Shown here: piece after piece, positions 51,415 to 61,880 of the stretch | How the letters are laid out: each line of letters starts with the position of its first letter | How positions within the stretch are numbered: position 1 is the stretch's first letter | NCBI GenBank assembly: GCA_003133405.1 | Contig: PKXH01000093.1 | Span: forward strand, 5,111-69,110 | DNA: 64,000 nucleotides | Direction: 5' to 3' | From: Acidimicrobiaceae bacterium | Lineage (GTDB): Bacteria; Actinomycetota; Acidimicrobiia; Acidimicrobiales; RAAP-2 | Program-made: the position numbers and the translations under genes | The notes under the pieces: generated by a model | The model's database searches: none | The model's input: the letters and a program-made list of their open reading frames with translations, nothing else | What the model was told of the DNA's origin: nothing

Positions 51415-52468
51415 TCGCCGAGCGCACGTCGTCGGTCTCGGCCTAATCGGTTCGTCCGTGGCACTCGCGCTGCGCGACGCCGGTTGGACCGTGACGGGCA
51501 GCGACCTTGCTCGCGCCATCGAAGACGCCGCGCTCGGCACGGGCGTTATCACCGGCACCGCGTTAAGTGACGAACATTGCTTGGTGATCGTGGCGACACC
51601 CGCCAGCGCCGTCGCACCAACGGCGAACGCGATACTGCGCGAGTTCTCGCACGAGACGTTGGTCGTGACGGACGTCGCGGGCGTCAAGAGCGCCATTGTC
51701 AACGACGTGAGCGACCCTCGTTTTCTCGCGGGTCACCCGATGGCCGGCTCAGAGTTACGGGGTAGTGCGGGAGCGAGAGCGGACCTCTTTCAAGGATGCA
51801 CGTGGGTGCTCACGCCAACCAACGCCACGACGCCTGAAACTTACGGCATGCTGCACGGCGTGTTGCGCGAGCTCGGTGCGAACGTGGTGGCGGTCAACGC
51901 CGATGACCACGACCGCCTCGTGGCGATCGCCAGTCATGTGCCGCACTTGCTCGCGGGGGCGCTCATGAACGAGGCAAGTCGCGTCGCGGAACAAGACGCG
52001 GTGTTGTTGCAGCTGGCGGCCGGTGGCTTTCGTGACATGACGCGCGTCGCGGCGGGTGATCCGGGCATCTGGCCCGACGTGCTCTTTGAGAACCGCTCGG
52101 CGATCAGCCTTGCGCTCCAGGCGCTGGAGGATCGCCTCGCGGCGCTTCGTCGAGCGCTGAACGACGATGACCACGAAACCGTCTCACGTGATCTGCTGAG
52201 CGCGGCCTCGGCTCGACGCCGGCTACCGGGCCGGGCGCTGCACTCGGAGAACCTGGCCTACCTGCGCGTCGCGGTGAGCGACCAACCGGGCGTCCTGGCC
52301 GCGGTGACGACGACGGCCTCAGAGATGTTGGTGAACATCTACGACATCGAGATTGCCCACGGGATCGAGGGTAAGGGTGGCACGTTGCTGCTGGCCATCG
52401 ACGCCCGCCAGGCGGAACCCTTCAGTCTGGCCCTCGTCGCTCGGGGTTTCGAAGTGGGTCATGAGTGA
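51398..52468 (+). CDS. tyrA: Prephenate dehydrogenase
   Basis: Rossmann VVGLGLIGSSVALAL, HPMAGSE motif, C-terminal ACT-like domain. ATG at 51398. Confidence 0.85.
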   Translation: MISPISRRAHVVGLGLIGSSVALALRDAGWTVTGSDLARAIEDAALGTGVITGTALSDEHCLVIVATPASAVAPTANAILREFSHETLVVTDVAGVKSAIVNDVSDPRFLAGHPMAGSELRGSAGARADLFQGCTWVLTPTNATTPETYGMLHGVLRELGANVVAVNADDHDRLVAIASHVPHLLAGALMNEASRVAEQDAVLLQLAAGGFRDMTRVAAGDPGIWPDVLFENRSAISLALQALEDRLAALRRALNDDDHETVSRDLLSAASARRRLPGRALHSENLAYLRVAVSDQPGVLAAVTTTASEMLVNIYDIEIAHGIEGKGGTLLLAIDARQAEPFSLALVARGFEVGHE

Positions 52469-53748
52469 GTGACGTCGAGCGCGTGCGCCACGCGCGTCAG
52501 TTGCGCGGATCACTTCGCGTGCCCGGTGACAAGAGCACGTCGCACCGTGCGTTGATACTCAGCGCGCTGGCCTCGGGTCAGAGCACGGTCACCGGGCTTT
52601 CGCCTGGCGAGGACGTGCGCGCCACGAGCGTGATCGTCGAGCAGCTAGGCGCGACACGCGAGGACGACGAGGGCCTTGTGCTCATTAACGGTCCTGACGA
52701 GGGACTTCACGCAAGTTCTGCGCCGCTGGACTGTGGCAACTCGGGTACCTCAATGCGGCTGCTGTGCGGCGTGGTTAGCGCCGTTGCGGGCACCCATCAA
52801 CTGGTCGGCGACGCATCGCTCTCGACGCGACCGATGAACCGCGTTGCGGTGCCCCTGGGGATGATGGGCGCGCGCGTCAGCGGACACGGCGACCAGGTCA
52901 CGGCGCCGTTGCTCGTGGAAAGTTCGGGCAACCTGCATGGCATCGAGTACCACGTGCCCGTTATCAGTGCGCAGGTGAAATCCGCGGTTCTTCTCGCGGG
53001 CCTCTCGGCGAACGGCGTGACGACCGTCGAGGAGAGCGTGCGAACACGTCGCACCACTGAAGAGATGTTGCGCGCCTCGGGCGTGGGACTCGAGGTCGAG
53101 GACGTCGGTGATGGTCGTCGGGTCACGCTGACGCCGGGCCGACCGCATCGGCACGACTGGTACGTGCCCGGGGATCCCTCGCAAGCGGCCTTCTTCGCGG
53201 TACTGGGCGCGATTCACCCCGACGCGACGCTCGAAGTGCTGAGTGTCGAAGCCTCGCCCGAGCGGGTGGGCTACGTGGGCGTTTTGCAGCGCATGGGCGC
53301 CGACGTACGCCTGAGCGAGAGCGGGTCGTTCACGGTACTTCATTCGCGAAGCTCCACGCTCGAAGCGACCGAGATTCACGCCCGAGAAGTGCCCTCGCTG
53401 GACGAGGTACCGATCCTTACGGTGGCGGCGTGCGCCGCGACGGGCGTGAGCGCCTTTCGCGACATGGGCGAGCTGCGACTAAAGGAGTCGGATCGCTTCC
53501 ATTCGTCGATGACATTAGCCAGCCGTCTGGGCTGTCGAGTGTGGTCCGAGGGTGACGACTTCTTCGTCGAAGGCGTCGCGGGAGCTGAGAACTTTTTGGA
53601 CTTTACGCTCTCGCCGTTGCTCGATCACCGCATGGTCATGGCCAGCGCGGTGGCCGGCTGCGCGGGCAACGGCTGCGCCATTGAGGGTGCCTCGACGGTG
53701 TCGTCGAGTTACCCGCACTTCTTTCGCGACTTGACGTTACTCCAATGA
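52465..53748 (+). CDS. aroA: 3-phosphoshikimate 1-carboxyvinyltransferase (EPSP synthase)
   Basis: LRVPGDKSTSHRALIL motif. GTGA overlap with tyrA. Confidence 0.92.
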   Translation: MSDVERVRHARQLRGSLRVPGDKSTSHRALILSALASGQSTVTGLSPGEDVRATSVIVEQLGATREDDEGLVLINGPDEGLHASSAPLDCGNSGTSMRLLCGVVSAVAGTHQLVGDASLSTRPMNRVAVPLGMMGARVSGHGDQVTAPLLVESSGNLHGIEYHVPVISAQVKSAVLLAGLSANGVTTVEESVRTRRTTEEMLRASGVGLEVEDVGDGRRVTLTPGRPHRHDWYVPGDPSQAAFFAVLGAIHPDATLEVLSVEASPERVGYVGVLQRMGADVRLSESGSFTVLHSRSSTLEATEIHAREVPSLDEVPILTVAACAATGVSAFRDMGELRLKESDRFHSSMTLASRLGCRVWSEGDDFFVEGVAGAENFLDFTLSPLLDHRMVMASAVAGCAGNGCAIEGASTVSSSYPHFFRDLTLLQ

Positions 53749-54374
53749 GCGTTCAAGTCATCGCGATCGACGGCCCGGCCGGCTCCGGTAAGTCGAGCGT
53801 GGCACGTGCCTTGGCGGCGGCGCTGGGGTGGTCGTTTCTGGACACCGGGGCGATGTACAGAGCCGTGACCGTAGAGGCACTTCACACAGGCATCGACGTG
53901 CACGACGTCTCGGCCATGGGTGAACTCGCCCGCTCAGTCAAATTGACGACGCTGCCTCGGGTGAGCGTGAACGGTCGAGACGTCGAAGACGAGATCCGCA
54001 CCGAGACCGTGAACGAAGCCGTGTCGATTGTGGCCGCCAACGCCCTCGTTCGCCACCAGATGGTCCGTCGCCAGCGCGAGTTCGCCGACGAGCAGCCGCT
54101 CGGTACGGTCGTGGAGGGTCGTGATATCACCACCGTGGTCTTTCCCAACGCGACGCTAAAAGTCTTTCTTACGGCCTCGCTGGTAGAGCGCTCGCGCCGA
54201 CGTGGCGAAGAGGGCGAAGCCTCCGTGGCCCGTAGGGACGTGGCCGACTCCACTCGGTTAGCGTCGCCGCTGCGTCAAGCGCCCGACGCTCTCGTGCTAG
54301 ACACGACGGGACGTAAGGTCGATGACGCGGTCGAGGAGATCATGCAATGGCTGAAGAACCAGACCTTGTCCTAA
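53745..54374 (+). CDS. cmk: Cytidylate kinase
   Basis: IAIDGPAGSGKSSVA P-loop. ATGA overlap with aroA. Confidence 0.9.
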   Translation: MSVQVIAIDGPAGSGKSSVARALAAALGWSFLDTGAMYRAVTVEALHTGIDVHDVSAMGELARSVKLTTLPRVSVNGRDVEDEIRTETVNEAVSIVAANALVRHQMVRRQREFADEQPLGTVVEGRDITTVVFPNATLKVFLTASLVERSRRRGEEGEASVARRDVADSTRLASPLRQAPDALVLDTTGRKVDDAVEEIMQWLKNQTLS

Positions 54375-55012
54375 ATCCGAAGAAGACGTTGACCTACCGG
54401 GTCTGCGCGATGATCGTGTTGGGCCTGGCGCGAATCCTCTTTCGGCCCAGCGTGGAAGGCGCGGAGAACATCCCCCTGAGTGGCCCGGTGTTAATCGCGC
54501 CCATCCACCGCTCCAATGTCGATTTCGCGTTCTCGCTGTTCATCTCACCGCGCAAGGTTTTCTTCATGGCAAAAGACGGCATCTTTCGTGTACCCCTGTT
54601 CGGGCAACTGCTTACCCGCCTGGGCGCCTTTCCCGTGAATCGAAACAGCGCCGACCGAGAGTCGCTGCGTCTCTCAGAAGAAGTGCTACGCCGTGGTCAG
54701 GCGTTGGTCATGTTTCCTGAGGGCACCCGAAAAGATGGCGACACCGTTGAACCATTGCACGACGGGGTGATGTTCCTTGCCGCACGAACCGGCGCAGTGG
54801 TCGTGCCCGTCGGCGTCTCGGGCAGTGACCGCGCGATGCCCGTCGGCGCGAGGTTGCCCCGGTTTTCGAAGATCCACGTGGTAGTGGGTACCCCCATTAC
54901 GCCACCGGCGAGCGAGGGGCGCATAACGCGTTCGCAGATCACTGCGAAGACCGAGGAGCTCAGACGGGGTCTTCAAAAGGTCTACGACGAGAGTCGTCAG
55001 CGCCAGCGTTAG
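54347..55012 (+). CDS. plsC: 1-acyl-sn-glycerol-3-phosphate acyltransferase
   Basis: HRSNVD (HX4D) and FPEGTR motifs. Confidence 0.8.
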   Translation: MAEEPDLVLNPKKTLTYRVCAMIVLGLARILFRPSVEGAENIPLSGPVLIAPIHRSNVDFAFSLFISPRKVFFMAKDGIFRVPLFGQLLTRLGAFPVNRNSADRESLRLSEEVLRRGQALVMFPEGTRKDGDTVEPLHDGVMFLAARTGAVVVPVGVSGSDRAMPVGARLPRFSKIHVVVGTPITPPASEGRITRSQITAKTEELRRGLQKVYDESRQRQR

Positions 55013-55813
55013 CTAACGCTCGCGCCACCAGGTGCCAAAGACGACCCGGGCGTAGCGAAAGCCAAAGAGCCAGTTCTTGCCCTTCTTCGTAGTTCCCGAC
55101 GCTCTCGGGTACCACACGGTCGGCACTTCGCTCGCGCGCCATCCACGCTTGAGACAGGTGATCAGCAACTCGGCGGTCTGGTACTGCTCTTGGGTGAGTC
55201 GATCGAGCACGTCGGCCAACATCGTCACGCGCAGCGCCCGGTAACCGGTCGAGGTATCGGTCAGGTGCGCGCCCGTCATACGATTCATGATCAAGGAAAA
55301 GAATCGCACGCCGCCCTTGCGCACGAGGTCTGAGGTCTTATCCTCGCCAAGTACGCGACTCGCGACGACGAAGTCCGACTGGTCGCTGAGGAGTGGCGCG
55401 AGTATCTGGGGAATCTCCGCGGGATCATTCTGCCCGTCGGCGTCGAGGGTGACCACGTACTTCACGTCATTCTCGATGCAGTATCGATAAGTGACCTGCA
55501 GGGCCACGCCGTGACCGAGGTTGACGGGAAATTCGATGACCTTTACGCCGGGATAGGTTCGGGCGATTTCCGCGGTGCGGTCCTCGCCACCGTCGACTAC
55601 GACGAGCGTGGTGTAGGGCGCGCCGTTAACGGTGGCGGGCATTTTCGTGAGCACGTCGCCGATGTTCCCTTCCTCTTCGTACGCGCAGATCGACGCCACG
55701 GTCGCCTCCGGAGTGAACCCCGGGAACTCAGAGTGAAAGCGGGACATGGCCTGATCGATGGCGAAAGCGCGCAGTCGGGCAAGGCGGCGTTTTTCCAGAT
55801 CGACCGATGACAA
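55013..55813 (-). CDS. Family 2 glycosyltransferase (polyprenol-phosphate glycosyltransferase-like)
   Basis: VVDGGEDRT and DADGQNDP (DxD) motifs. Confidence 0.8.
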   Translation of the reverse strand: MSSVDLEKRRLARLRAFAIDQAMSRFHSEFPGFTPEATVASICAYEEEGNIGDVLTKMPATVNGAPYTTLVVVDGGEDRTAEIARTYPGVKVIEFPVNLGHGVALQVTYRYCIENDVKYVVTLDADGQNDPAEIPQILAPLLSDQSDFVVASRVLGEDKTSDLVRKGGVRFFSLIMNRMTGAHLTDTSTGYRALRVTMLADVLDRLTQEQYQTAELLITCLKRGWRASEVPTVWYPRASGTTKKGKNWLFGFRYARVVFGTWWRER

Positions 55814-55822
55814 ATGAATGAC

Positions 55823-56374
55823 CTAGATGGACTTTGCCCGGGCGAAGACGTTAACCACCATGGGTTCGAAGTGCTCGAGGGTCTGCGCGGGGAACTCGGG
55901 GTCAAAGGCCTTTTGGTCCCAGCGGTCGGCGAACCTCTCGGCGAGCTCGTACCACGGCTGACCCCGGTGTTGATCGCGCAGATTGGGATTCATGCCTAGA
56001 TATTCGTAGTAGTAGTGACCCTGGAAATCTTGGTGAAAGGCCACCATGCAGTAGACCTCGTGACGAACGTACGGGCGCAGGATCTCGGCGGCAATCTTGG
56101 GGTGGTTCGGAACGGAGATGAGCTTGCCGACGTCGTGCAGCAAAGAGGCCACAATGACCTCCTCGTCGGCTCCGTCCAGCTCGGCCCGGGTCGCGGTCTG
56201 CAGGGCGTGTTGCCGCTGGTCCACCGAGAAGCCGTCGGTAATGTCGCTGAGGCCCTTCACCATCGCAAGAATCTGACGGGCGACGCGGGGTTGAGCCTCG
56301 ATGGTCTGGTCGACAATCTCCATCCACTGTTCACGCGTCGAGAGGTCCATGCTGGGAAACGAGGTCACGGCCAA
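55823..56374 (-). CDS. HD-domain protein
   Basis: LLHDVGK HD motif. Confidence 0.7.
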   Translation of the reverse strand: MAVTSFPSMDLSTREQWMEIVDQTIEAQPRVARQILAMVKGLSDITDGFSVDQRQHALQTATRAELDGADEEVIVASLLHDVGKLISVPNHPKIAAEILRPYVRHEVYCMVAFHQDFQGHYYYEYLGMNPNLRDQHRGQPWYELAERFADRWDQKAFDPEFPAQTLEHFEPMVVNVFARAKSI

Positions 56375-56402
56375 ATACTAACCGTTGACTACTTTTGCCT
56401 CG

Positions 56403-57440
56403 CTAACGACTAACCGCCGACAGCACTTGCGCCGCCGTGAATTCCCGGTCAGCCTGGCCGTCGAAGCTCGAGGACTCCGGAGTTTGGAGAACGAGATCAA
56501 CGAGGGCGGAGATTGCCTTCAGCATCTCTCGAAGTTCCGGGGGCGGCGGGAAGTACTCGTCCTCCACCGTGACCGATTTGACCGTGACGCCATCGGTGGG
56601 ATCGAGGAAGTTCAGCACGTCATTGACCAGGGACTCAGGCGCCGACGCCCCGGCGGTGACCGCGACCGTGCCGGAAAGGTCGTCGGGCAATTCGTAGGTC
56701 CCGTTGATACGCAACACCCGCGGACAGCCGGTCGCCTCGGCGACTTTGGTCAGCGCCACGGTGTTGGACGAGTTGGCCGAACCGATGACGATCACGGCGT
56801 CCGCACCAGTGGCCACCTCGCGCAGGGCCGCTTGGCGATTCGTAGTGGCAAAGCAGAGGTCACTGTGGTTGGGCATCCAAATGTCGGGAAACGTGACCTC
56901 GGCGTACTCTCGAAGGTCTTGCCACTCATCGAGACTGAGGGTGGTCTGGCTGAGCAACGCGACGGGCCCAGATTGTGCGGCGAGGGCGTCGATGTCTTCG
57001 CGCGACTGGATGAGGTGGGCGACCTCGGGGGCGACGGCCATGGTGCCCACGGCCTCCTCGTGACCTTCGTGGCCGACGTAGAGCACGGTGTAGCCCTTTT
57101 GCGCTCGAACCTTGAGTTCGTGGTGAACCTTGGTCACCAACGGGCAGACCGCGTCAATCACGGTCCCACCGGACTGGCGAGCGGCCTCTATTACCTGCGG
57201 CGGCGAGCCGTGGGCGCTCAACATCACTGGCGCGCCCGGGGGAACGACGTCAACATCGTCAATGAAAACAACACCGAGCGACTTGAAGTAGTCCACGACG
57301 AACTGATTGTGAACGATTTCGTGGTAGCAGTACACCGGCGGTTCGAAAACTCGCGTCATCCAATCGAGCGCCTTGATGGCCTTTTCGACTCCGGCGCAGA
57401 ACCCTCGCGGGGCCGCAAGCACAACTCGGTCGACTTTCAC
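56403..57440 (-). CDS. ispH: 4-hydroxy-3-methylbut-2-enyl diphosphate reductase
   Basis: VVLAAPRGFCAGVEKAI N-terminus. Conserved Cys positions. The overlapping + strand ORF 56385..57461 is a shadow. Confidence 0.93.
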   Translation of the reverse strand: MKVDRVVLAAPRGFCAGVEKAIKALDWMTRVFEPPVYCYHEIVHNQFVVDYFKSLGVVFIDDVDVVPPGAPVMLSAHGSPPQVIEAARQSGGTVIDAVCPLVTKVHHELKVRAQKGYTVLYVGHEGHEEAVGTMAVAPEVAHLIQSREDIDALAAQSGPVALLSQTTLSLDEWQDLREYAEVTFPDIWMPNHSDLCFATTNRQAALREVATGADAVIVIGSANSSNTVALTKVAEATGCPRVLRINGTYELPDDLSGTVAVTAGASAPESLVNDVLNFLDPTDGVTVKSVTVEDEYFPPPPELREMLKAISALVDLVLQTPESSSFDGQADREFTAAQVLSAVSR

Positions 57441-57490
57441 ACCCTCAAGCCTAGTAAGTGATGTTTTTTACGAGTGCCTAGGCTAGTGAC

Positions 57491-58867
57491 GTGTCGGGTG
57501 CCCGAATTTCCTCCATCTCGCCCGGTTCACCGGCAGCGAGAGTTGACCTCGCGATAGGTGATGAGCTCGTGAGCGTGAACGGACGTGAGCCGACGGACAT
57601 CATTGAGTATCAACAGTTAATCGACGGGAGAACCATCACCCTGGTCGTTCAACGCGCGGGTGAACCGCTCTCGCGCAAAGTCTCGGTGACCAAGGTCGAA
57701 GGTGAACCACTGGGGCTCAGCATCGACTCGGCCGTGTTCGATCGAATACGCACCTGTGACAATCACTGCACCTTTTGCTTCATCTATCAGCTGCCCAAGG
57801 GCATGCGCCGATCGCTCTACGTCAAGGACGATGATTTTCGACTCTCCTTTCTTTACGGCAATTTCACGACACTTACGCGCTTTACCGAATTCGACCTGGA
57901 ACGGGTGATTGACGAGGGACTTTCGCCGCTGTACGTGTCAATTCACACGACGAATCCAGAGCTGCGCGCCGAAATGTTGAGAAATCCGCGAGGCGCCACG
58001 AGTCTTCGTTGGCTTCGAGAACTACTTCGTGCCGGAATCGAAGTGCACGGTCAGGTGGTCGTCTGTCCCGGGGTGAACGACGGCATCGAGCTCGAGCGCA
58101 CGCTCTATGACGTACTGTCGCTCTACCCCGAACTCGCCTCACTAGCACTGGTGCCCGTCGGCGTCAGCGACTTCACGCTCGAAGAGACGATGCGAGCGCA
58201 CAACGCCGTCGAGGCGAGTTCGGTGGTGGCAATGGCTGAGCGGTTCCAACGATTCACCCGTGAACTCTTCGGCACGGCCAAGGTCTTCGCAAGTGACGAG
58301 TTCTACCTCGTCGCGGGAGTGTCACCACCGGGAACCGAGAGTTTCGAGAGCCTCGACGAGGCGGAGAATGGCGTCGGATTGGTGGCGGCTTTCATCGAGA
58401 GTTTTTCCAATCACTCCGCGATGGCGAAGCTGGGCTCGGGCTTCTTCCAATCGGTCGACGGTGCGCCGGCATTGGGTTACCGAGCGCCGCGTACGCTCGA
58501 GACCCCGACCTACTTTGGCGAGGACATAACGGTGTTGACGGGTGAGTACGCCGCACCGATCCTGCGTACGCTCTTTGACGAGCACGGCTTCTTCGACGTC
58601 GAAGTAAAGGCGGTGAAGAACCGCTACTTCGGGGGCAACATAAAAGTCGCGGGCCTCATGACGGGTCAAGACCTCCAAGTCGCCCTGCGTGAGGTCTCCG
58701 CGTCGAACGTCTGTCTGATCCCCGACGTCTGCCTCTCGGAAGGTCGATTCCTCGACGGACTGACCCTGGAGGATCTGCCTCGAGACGTGATGACGGTGAC
58801 GACCACGGGCCACGACCTACGGACCACACTCGAATCGGTTCGTACCATGGGATTGAGTCGGACGTGA
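57491..58867 (+). CDS. PDZ + DUF512 (radical-SAM-like) protein
   Basis: N-terminal PDZ-like segment. CDNHCTFC cluster motif. Conserved position upstream of der. Confidence 0.75.
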   Translation: MSGARISSISPGSPAARVDLAIGDELVSVNGREPTDIIEYQQLIDGRTITLVVQRAGEPLSRKVSVTKVEGEPLGLSIDSAVFDRIRTCDNHCTFCFIYQLPKGMRRSLYVKDDDFRLSFLYGNFTTLTRFTEFDLERVIDEGLSPLYVSIHTTNPELRAEMLRNPRGATSLRWLRELLRAGIEVHGQVVVCPGVNDGIELERTLYDVLSLYPELASLALVPVGVSDFTLEETMRAHNAVEASSVVAMAERFQRFTRELFGTAKVFASDEFYLVAGVSPPGTESFESLDEAENGVGLVAAFIESFSNHSAMAKLGSGFFQSVDGAPALGYRAPRTLETPTYFGEDITVLTGEYAAPILRTLFDEHGFFDVEVKAVKNRYFGGNIKVAGLMTGQDLQVALREVSASNVCLIPDVCLSEGRFLDGLTLEDLPRDVMTVTTTGHDLRTTLESVRTMGLSRT

Positions 58868-60159
58868 AGAGACCCCAAGTGGTCGTGGTAGGTCGACCGA
58901 ACGTCGGCAAGAGTTCGCTGGTCAATCGACTGGCGGCAAAACGAATTGCCGTCGTCGAAGAACAGCGCGGCGTCACTCGTGATCGAAAGGCCGTCGAAGT
59001 CGAATGGCGGGGTCTGGCCTTTGACGTTGTGGATACTGGCGGATGGCTCGAGTCGGGCGACGTGCTCGAGGGCAAGGTCTCGGAGCAGGCCAACGCCGCC
59101 CTCGCCGGAGCGGATCTCGTACTGCTCGTGGTGGACGCGACGACGGGGCCGGTTGATGAGGACTCGCACGCGGCGCGCTGGGTTCGCCGAAGTGGTCGTC
59201 CGGTGATGTTGGTCGTGAACAAAGTCGACGATCAGCATCACGAGCCGAGTAGTTGGGAGTTTCTGCGCCTCGGCGTAGGCGACCCGTTCATGGTCAGCGC
59301 CCAACACGGTCGTGGGGCCGGTGACCTGCTTGATCAGATCGTTGACCACCTCGGTGAAGCCATCGACGAACCGCCAGCGACTGACGCTGACGACGACGGC
59401 GCCCTGCGCGTGGCGATCGTCGGTCGGCCCAACGTGGGCAAGTCAACCCTTTTCAATCAGCTGATCGGTGAGGAGCGCTCGGTGGTTCATAATCTGCCCG
59501 GCACGACGCGAGACGCCATTGACACGGTGATCGACACCAACGCGGGCCTGATTCGCTTTATCGATACCGCCGGGATGAGAAAGCGCGCTCGAACAGAAGC
59601 TGGCCTCGAGACATACTCGGTCCTGCGAAGTCTCGACGCACTGGATCGTGCGGACATTGCCATTCTCGTGATCGACGCCCTCGACGGCGCCACGGGTCAA
59701 GACCAACGTCTGGCCGAGCGCATTTCGGCGGCGGGCTGTCCGGCCCTCGTGGTGTTGAACAAGTGGGAGCTCGTGGACAACGAGGCGCGCGAGCCCGTGC
59801 TCGCCAACGTGGCGGACAAACTCGCGTTCTTGGGCGATGCGCCGGTGATAAAGACAACCGCCCTTTCGGGCAAAGGGGTTCAAAAACTGTTACCGGCTCT
59901 GGCGAAGGCCGCCGCCGACTACACCAAGCGCGTTCCTACCGGCGCCCTGAATCGGGCCATTCGCGACCTACAGATAAAGCAACCGGCCCCGAAGGGCAAG
60001 ATTCGCTACGCGGTCCAGGGCGCGAGTGAACCGCCGACGTTCACGCTGTTCGTGGCAGGCAAGCTCGCCCCCACGTACTTGCGATACGTCGAGCGAAGCC
60101 TGCGCGAGCGTTTCGCTCTGGGCGCGTCGCCGATTCGAGTGCGTGTCCGAGTCGAGTAG
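58864..60159 (+). CDS. der: Ribosome-biogenesis GTPase Der (EngA)
   Basis: Two G domains, GRPNVGKSS and GRPNVGKST. C-terminal KH-like domain. Confidence 0.93.
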   Translation: MKRPQVVVVGRPNVGKSSLVNRLAAKRIAVVEEQRGVTRDRKAVEVEWRGLAFDVVDTGGWLESGDVLEGKVSEQANAALAGADLVLLVVDATTGPVDEDSHAARWVRRSGRPVMLVVNKVDDQHHEPSSWEFLRLGVGDPFMVSAQHGRGAGDLLDQIVDHLGEAIDEPPATDADDDGALRVAIVGRPNVGKSTLFNQLIGEERSVVHNLPGTTRDAIDTVIDTNAGLIRFIDTAGMRKRARTEAGLETYSVLRSLDALDRADIAILVIDALDGATGQDQRLAERISAAGCPALVVLNKWELVDNEAREPVLANVADKLAFLGDAPVIKTTALSGKGVQKLLPALAKAAADYTKRVPTGALNRAIRDLQIKQPAPKGKIRYAVQGASEPPTFTLFVAGKLAPTYLRYVERSLRERFALGASPIRVRVRVE

Positions 60160-60341
60160 TGGCGAACTGGTGTGAGAACTGCGATCGTCCCGTAGAGGGC
60201 GACGTGTGCGAGGTGTGCGGCACCGAGGTCACCGAGCCCGAACATGAGCCGATTCCCTGGCGCTGGCGTTTCTTCATCGTCGCCTCGGTCATTTATCTCA
60301 TTTGGCGGATATATCAGTTAATTTCGTGGATAGTTCACTAG
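60159..60341 (+). CDS. Small zinc-ribbon membrane protein (60 aa), tentative
   Basis: CENC...CEVC followed by one TM helix. The GTG start overlaps the der stop by 1 nt. Confidence 0.45.
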   Translation: MANWCENCDRPVEGDVCEVCGTEVTEPEHEPIPWRWRFFIVASVIYLIWRIYQLISWIVH

Positions 60342-60351
60342 GAGGTTCGCC

Positions 60352-60867
60352 GTGCCCATCTACGCCCTTGGCGATCGCGTACCAACCATTCACCCCGACG
60401 CCTACGTCCACCCCGACGCGATCGTCATCGGCGACGTCCGACTCGGCGCCGAGTCATCGGTCTGGCCCGCGGCCGTACTGCGGGGCGACTACGGCACAGT
60501 GATCGTGGGCGAGCGCACATCAATTCAAGACGGTACGGTGGTTCACGCCGTCGACGAGTACCCGACCGTGGTGGGCAACGACTGCGTGATTGGTCACCTC
60601 GCGCATCTGGAGGGTTGCGTCATTCACGACCGTGCTTTGGTCGGTAGCGGATCGATCGTGTTGCACCGTGCCGTCGTGCACAGCGGCGCCATCGTCGGCG
60701 CGGGCGCCGTGGTGCGCAACGGAATGGAGGTGCCGCCCAACGCCATGGCATTGGGCGTACCGGCGTCGCTCAAACTGGACGCCTGCAGCGAAGAGGAGAC
60801 GCTCGCCTCGGCGGCGCTGTACGTCGCCAACGCCCGTCGGTATCGAGCGGAGCTTCGAAGGCTCTAA
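60352..60867 (+). CDS. Gamma-carbonic-anhydrase-family / LbH hexapeptide protein
   Basis: PTIHPDAYVHPDAIVIGDV and hexapeptide periodicity throughout. Confidence 0.8.
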   Translation: MPIYALGDRVPTIHPDAYVHPDAIVIGDVRLGAESSVWPAAVLRGDYGTVIVGERTSIQDGTVVHAVDEYPTVVGNDCVIGHLAHLEGCVIHDRALVGSGSIVLHRAVVHSGAIVGAGAVVRNGMEVPPNAMALGVPASLKLDACSEEETLASAALYVANARRYRAELRRL

Positions 60868-61880
60868 GCGTTGGAGATGGCCACGAGGCGCTCGAGCGCG
60901 TGCGCGGCGTGTCCCTCAACAACACTGGCGCTCGCAATGGCGAAGCCTTGACTCAGCGTCGTCACGCGGCCGGCGACGATGAGCGCCAATGCGGCGTTGG
61001 CGCACACGACGTCAAAGACCGGTCCCTGGCGGCCCTCGAGGAATGCTCTGACGACTGCCACGTTGTGCGAAGTGTCGCCGCCTCGGATACTGGCGGCGTC
61101 GTGGTGACGACCCAATTCGTCGCCCGCGTCCACGCGTTGGACCGTGTGCGCCTGGGGTGTAATGGTGTGCAACGTGGAGGGCGATCCGAGCGAGAGCTCG
61201 TCAAGTCCGTCGTCGGCGTTTACAAGAATGGCGTAGCGAATACCCCGAGAGTGCAACACCTGGGCCATGTTCTCAAGGAGCTCACGTTGGGCGACCCCGA
61301 TCAGCGCCCGCTGCACGAGAGCTGGATTGGCCAGGGGGCCGAGAACATTGAAAATCGTTCGAAACGCTAAGGCGCGACGGATGGGTGTCACGTAGCCCAG
61401 CGCGTGGTGATAGGTGGGGGCAAAGAGAAAACCGATCCCGGCCCCGTCGACGCAGGCGCGTACCACGTCTTCGGGCGCGTCGAGACGCACGCCGAGGCCC
61501 TCGAGAACGTCCGCCGAGCCCACCGACGATGACGCGGCGCGGTTGCCGTGCTTGGCGACGGGCACACCACAGCCCGCTACCGTGAGTGCGGCCATCGTCG
61601 AGACGTTCACACTGTGCAACTGGTCACCTCCGGTGCCCACGACGTCGATGGCGTCTGGGTTGATCGTGAAGGTCGTCGCGGTGTCAATCATGGCGTCGAT
61701 AAAGCCGGTCATCTCGTCCGCCGTCTCACCCTTGGCGGTAAGGGCAGTGAGAAAGCTCGCGATGAGGACACCTTCGACGCGACCTTCGAGAATCTCAGTC
61801 AAGGCGAGGCGGGCCTCTTCGCGCTCAAGATTGGTGCCGCGCACCAGTGGGTTGAGTACATCAAGCGCGAACGAGTCCAT
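60864..61880 (-). CDS. trpD: Anthranilate phosphoribosyltransferase
   Basis: VVGTGGD and KHGNRAASS motifs. ATG at 61880, so the ORF-track start at 61952 is likely too long. Confidence 0.9.
   Translation of the reverse strand: MDSFALDVLNPLVRGTNLEREEARLALTEILEGRVEGVLIASFLTALTAKGETADEMTGFIDAMIDTATTFTINPDAIDVVGTGGDQLHSVNVSTMAALTVAGCGVPVAKHGNRAASSSVGSADVLEGLGVRLDAPEDVVRACVDGAGIGFLFAPTYHHALGYVTPIRRALAFRTIFNVLGPLANPALVQRALIGVAQRELLENMAQVLHSRGIRYAILVNADDGLDELSLGSPSTLHTITPQAHTVQRVDAGDELGRHHDAASIRGGDTSHNVAVVRAFLEGRQGPVFDVVCANAALALIVAGRVTTLSQGFAIASASVVEGHAAHALERLVAISNA

Noticed and set aside
56385-57461. 358-aa + strand ORF overlapping ispH, and similar long antisense ORFs (108..1088 -, 1742..2572 -, 9535..10341 -, 12577..13224 -, 38614..39285 -, 44256..45164 -, 52750..53379 -)
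   Set aside because: These are typical high-GC shadow ORFs, Arg/Gly/Pro/His-rich with no motifs, lying antisense to genes with unambiguous conserved motifs.
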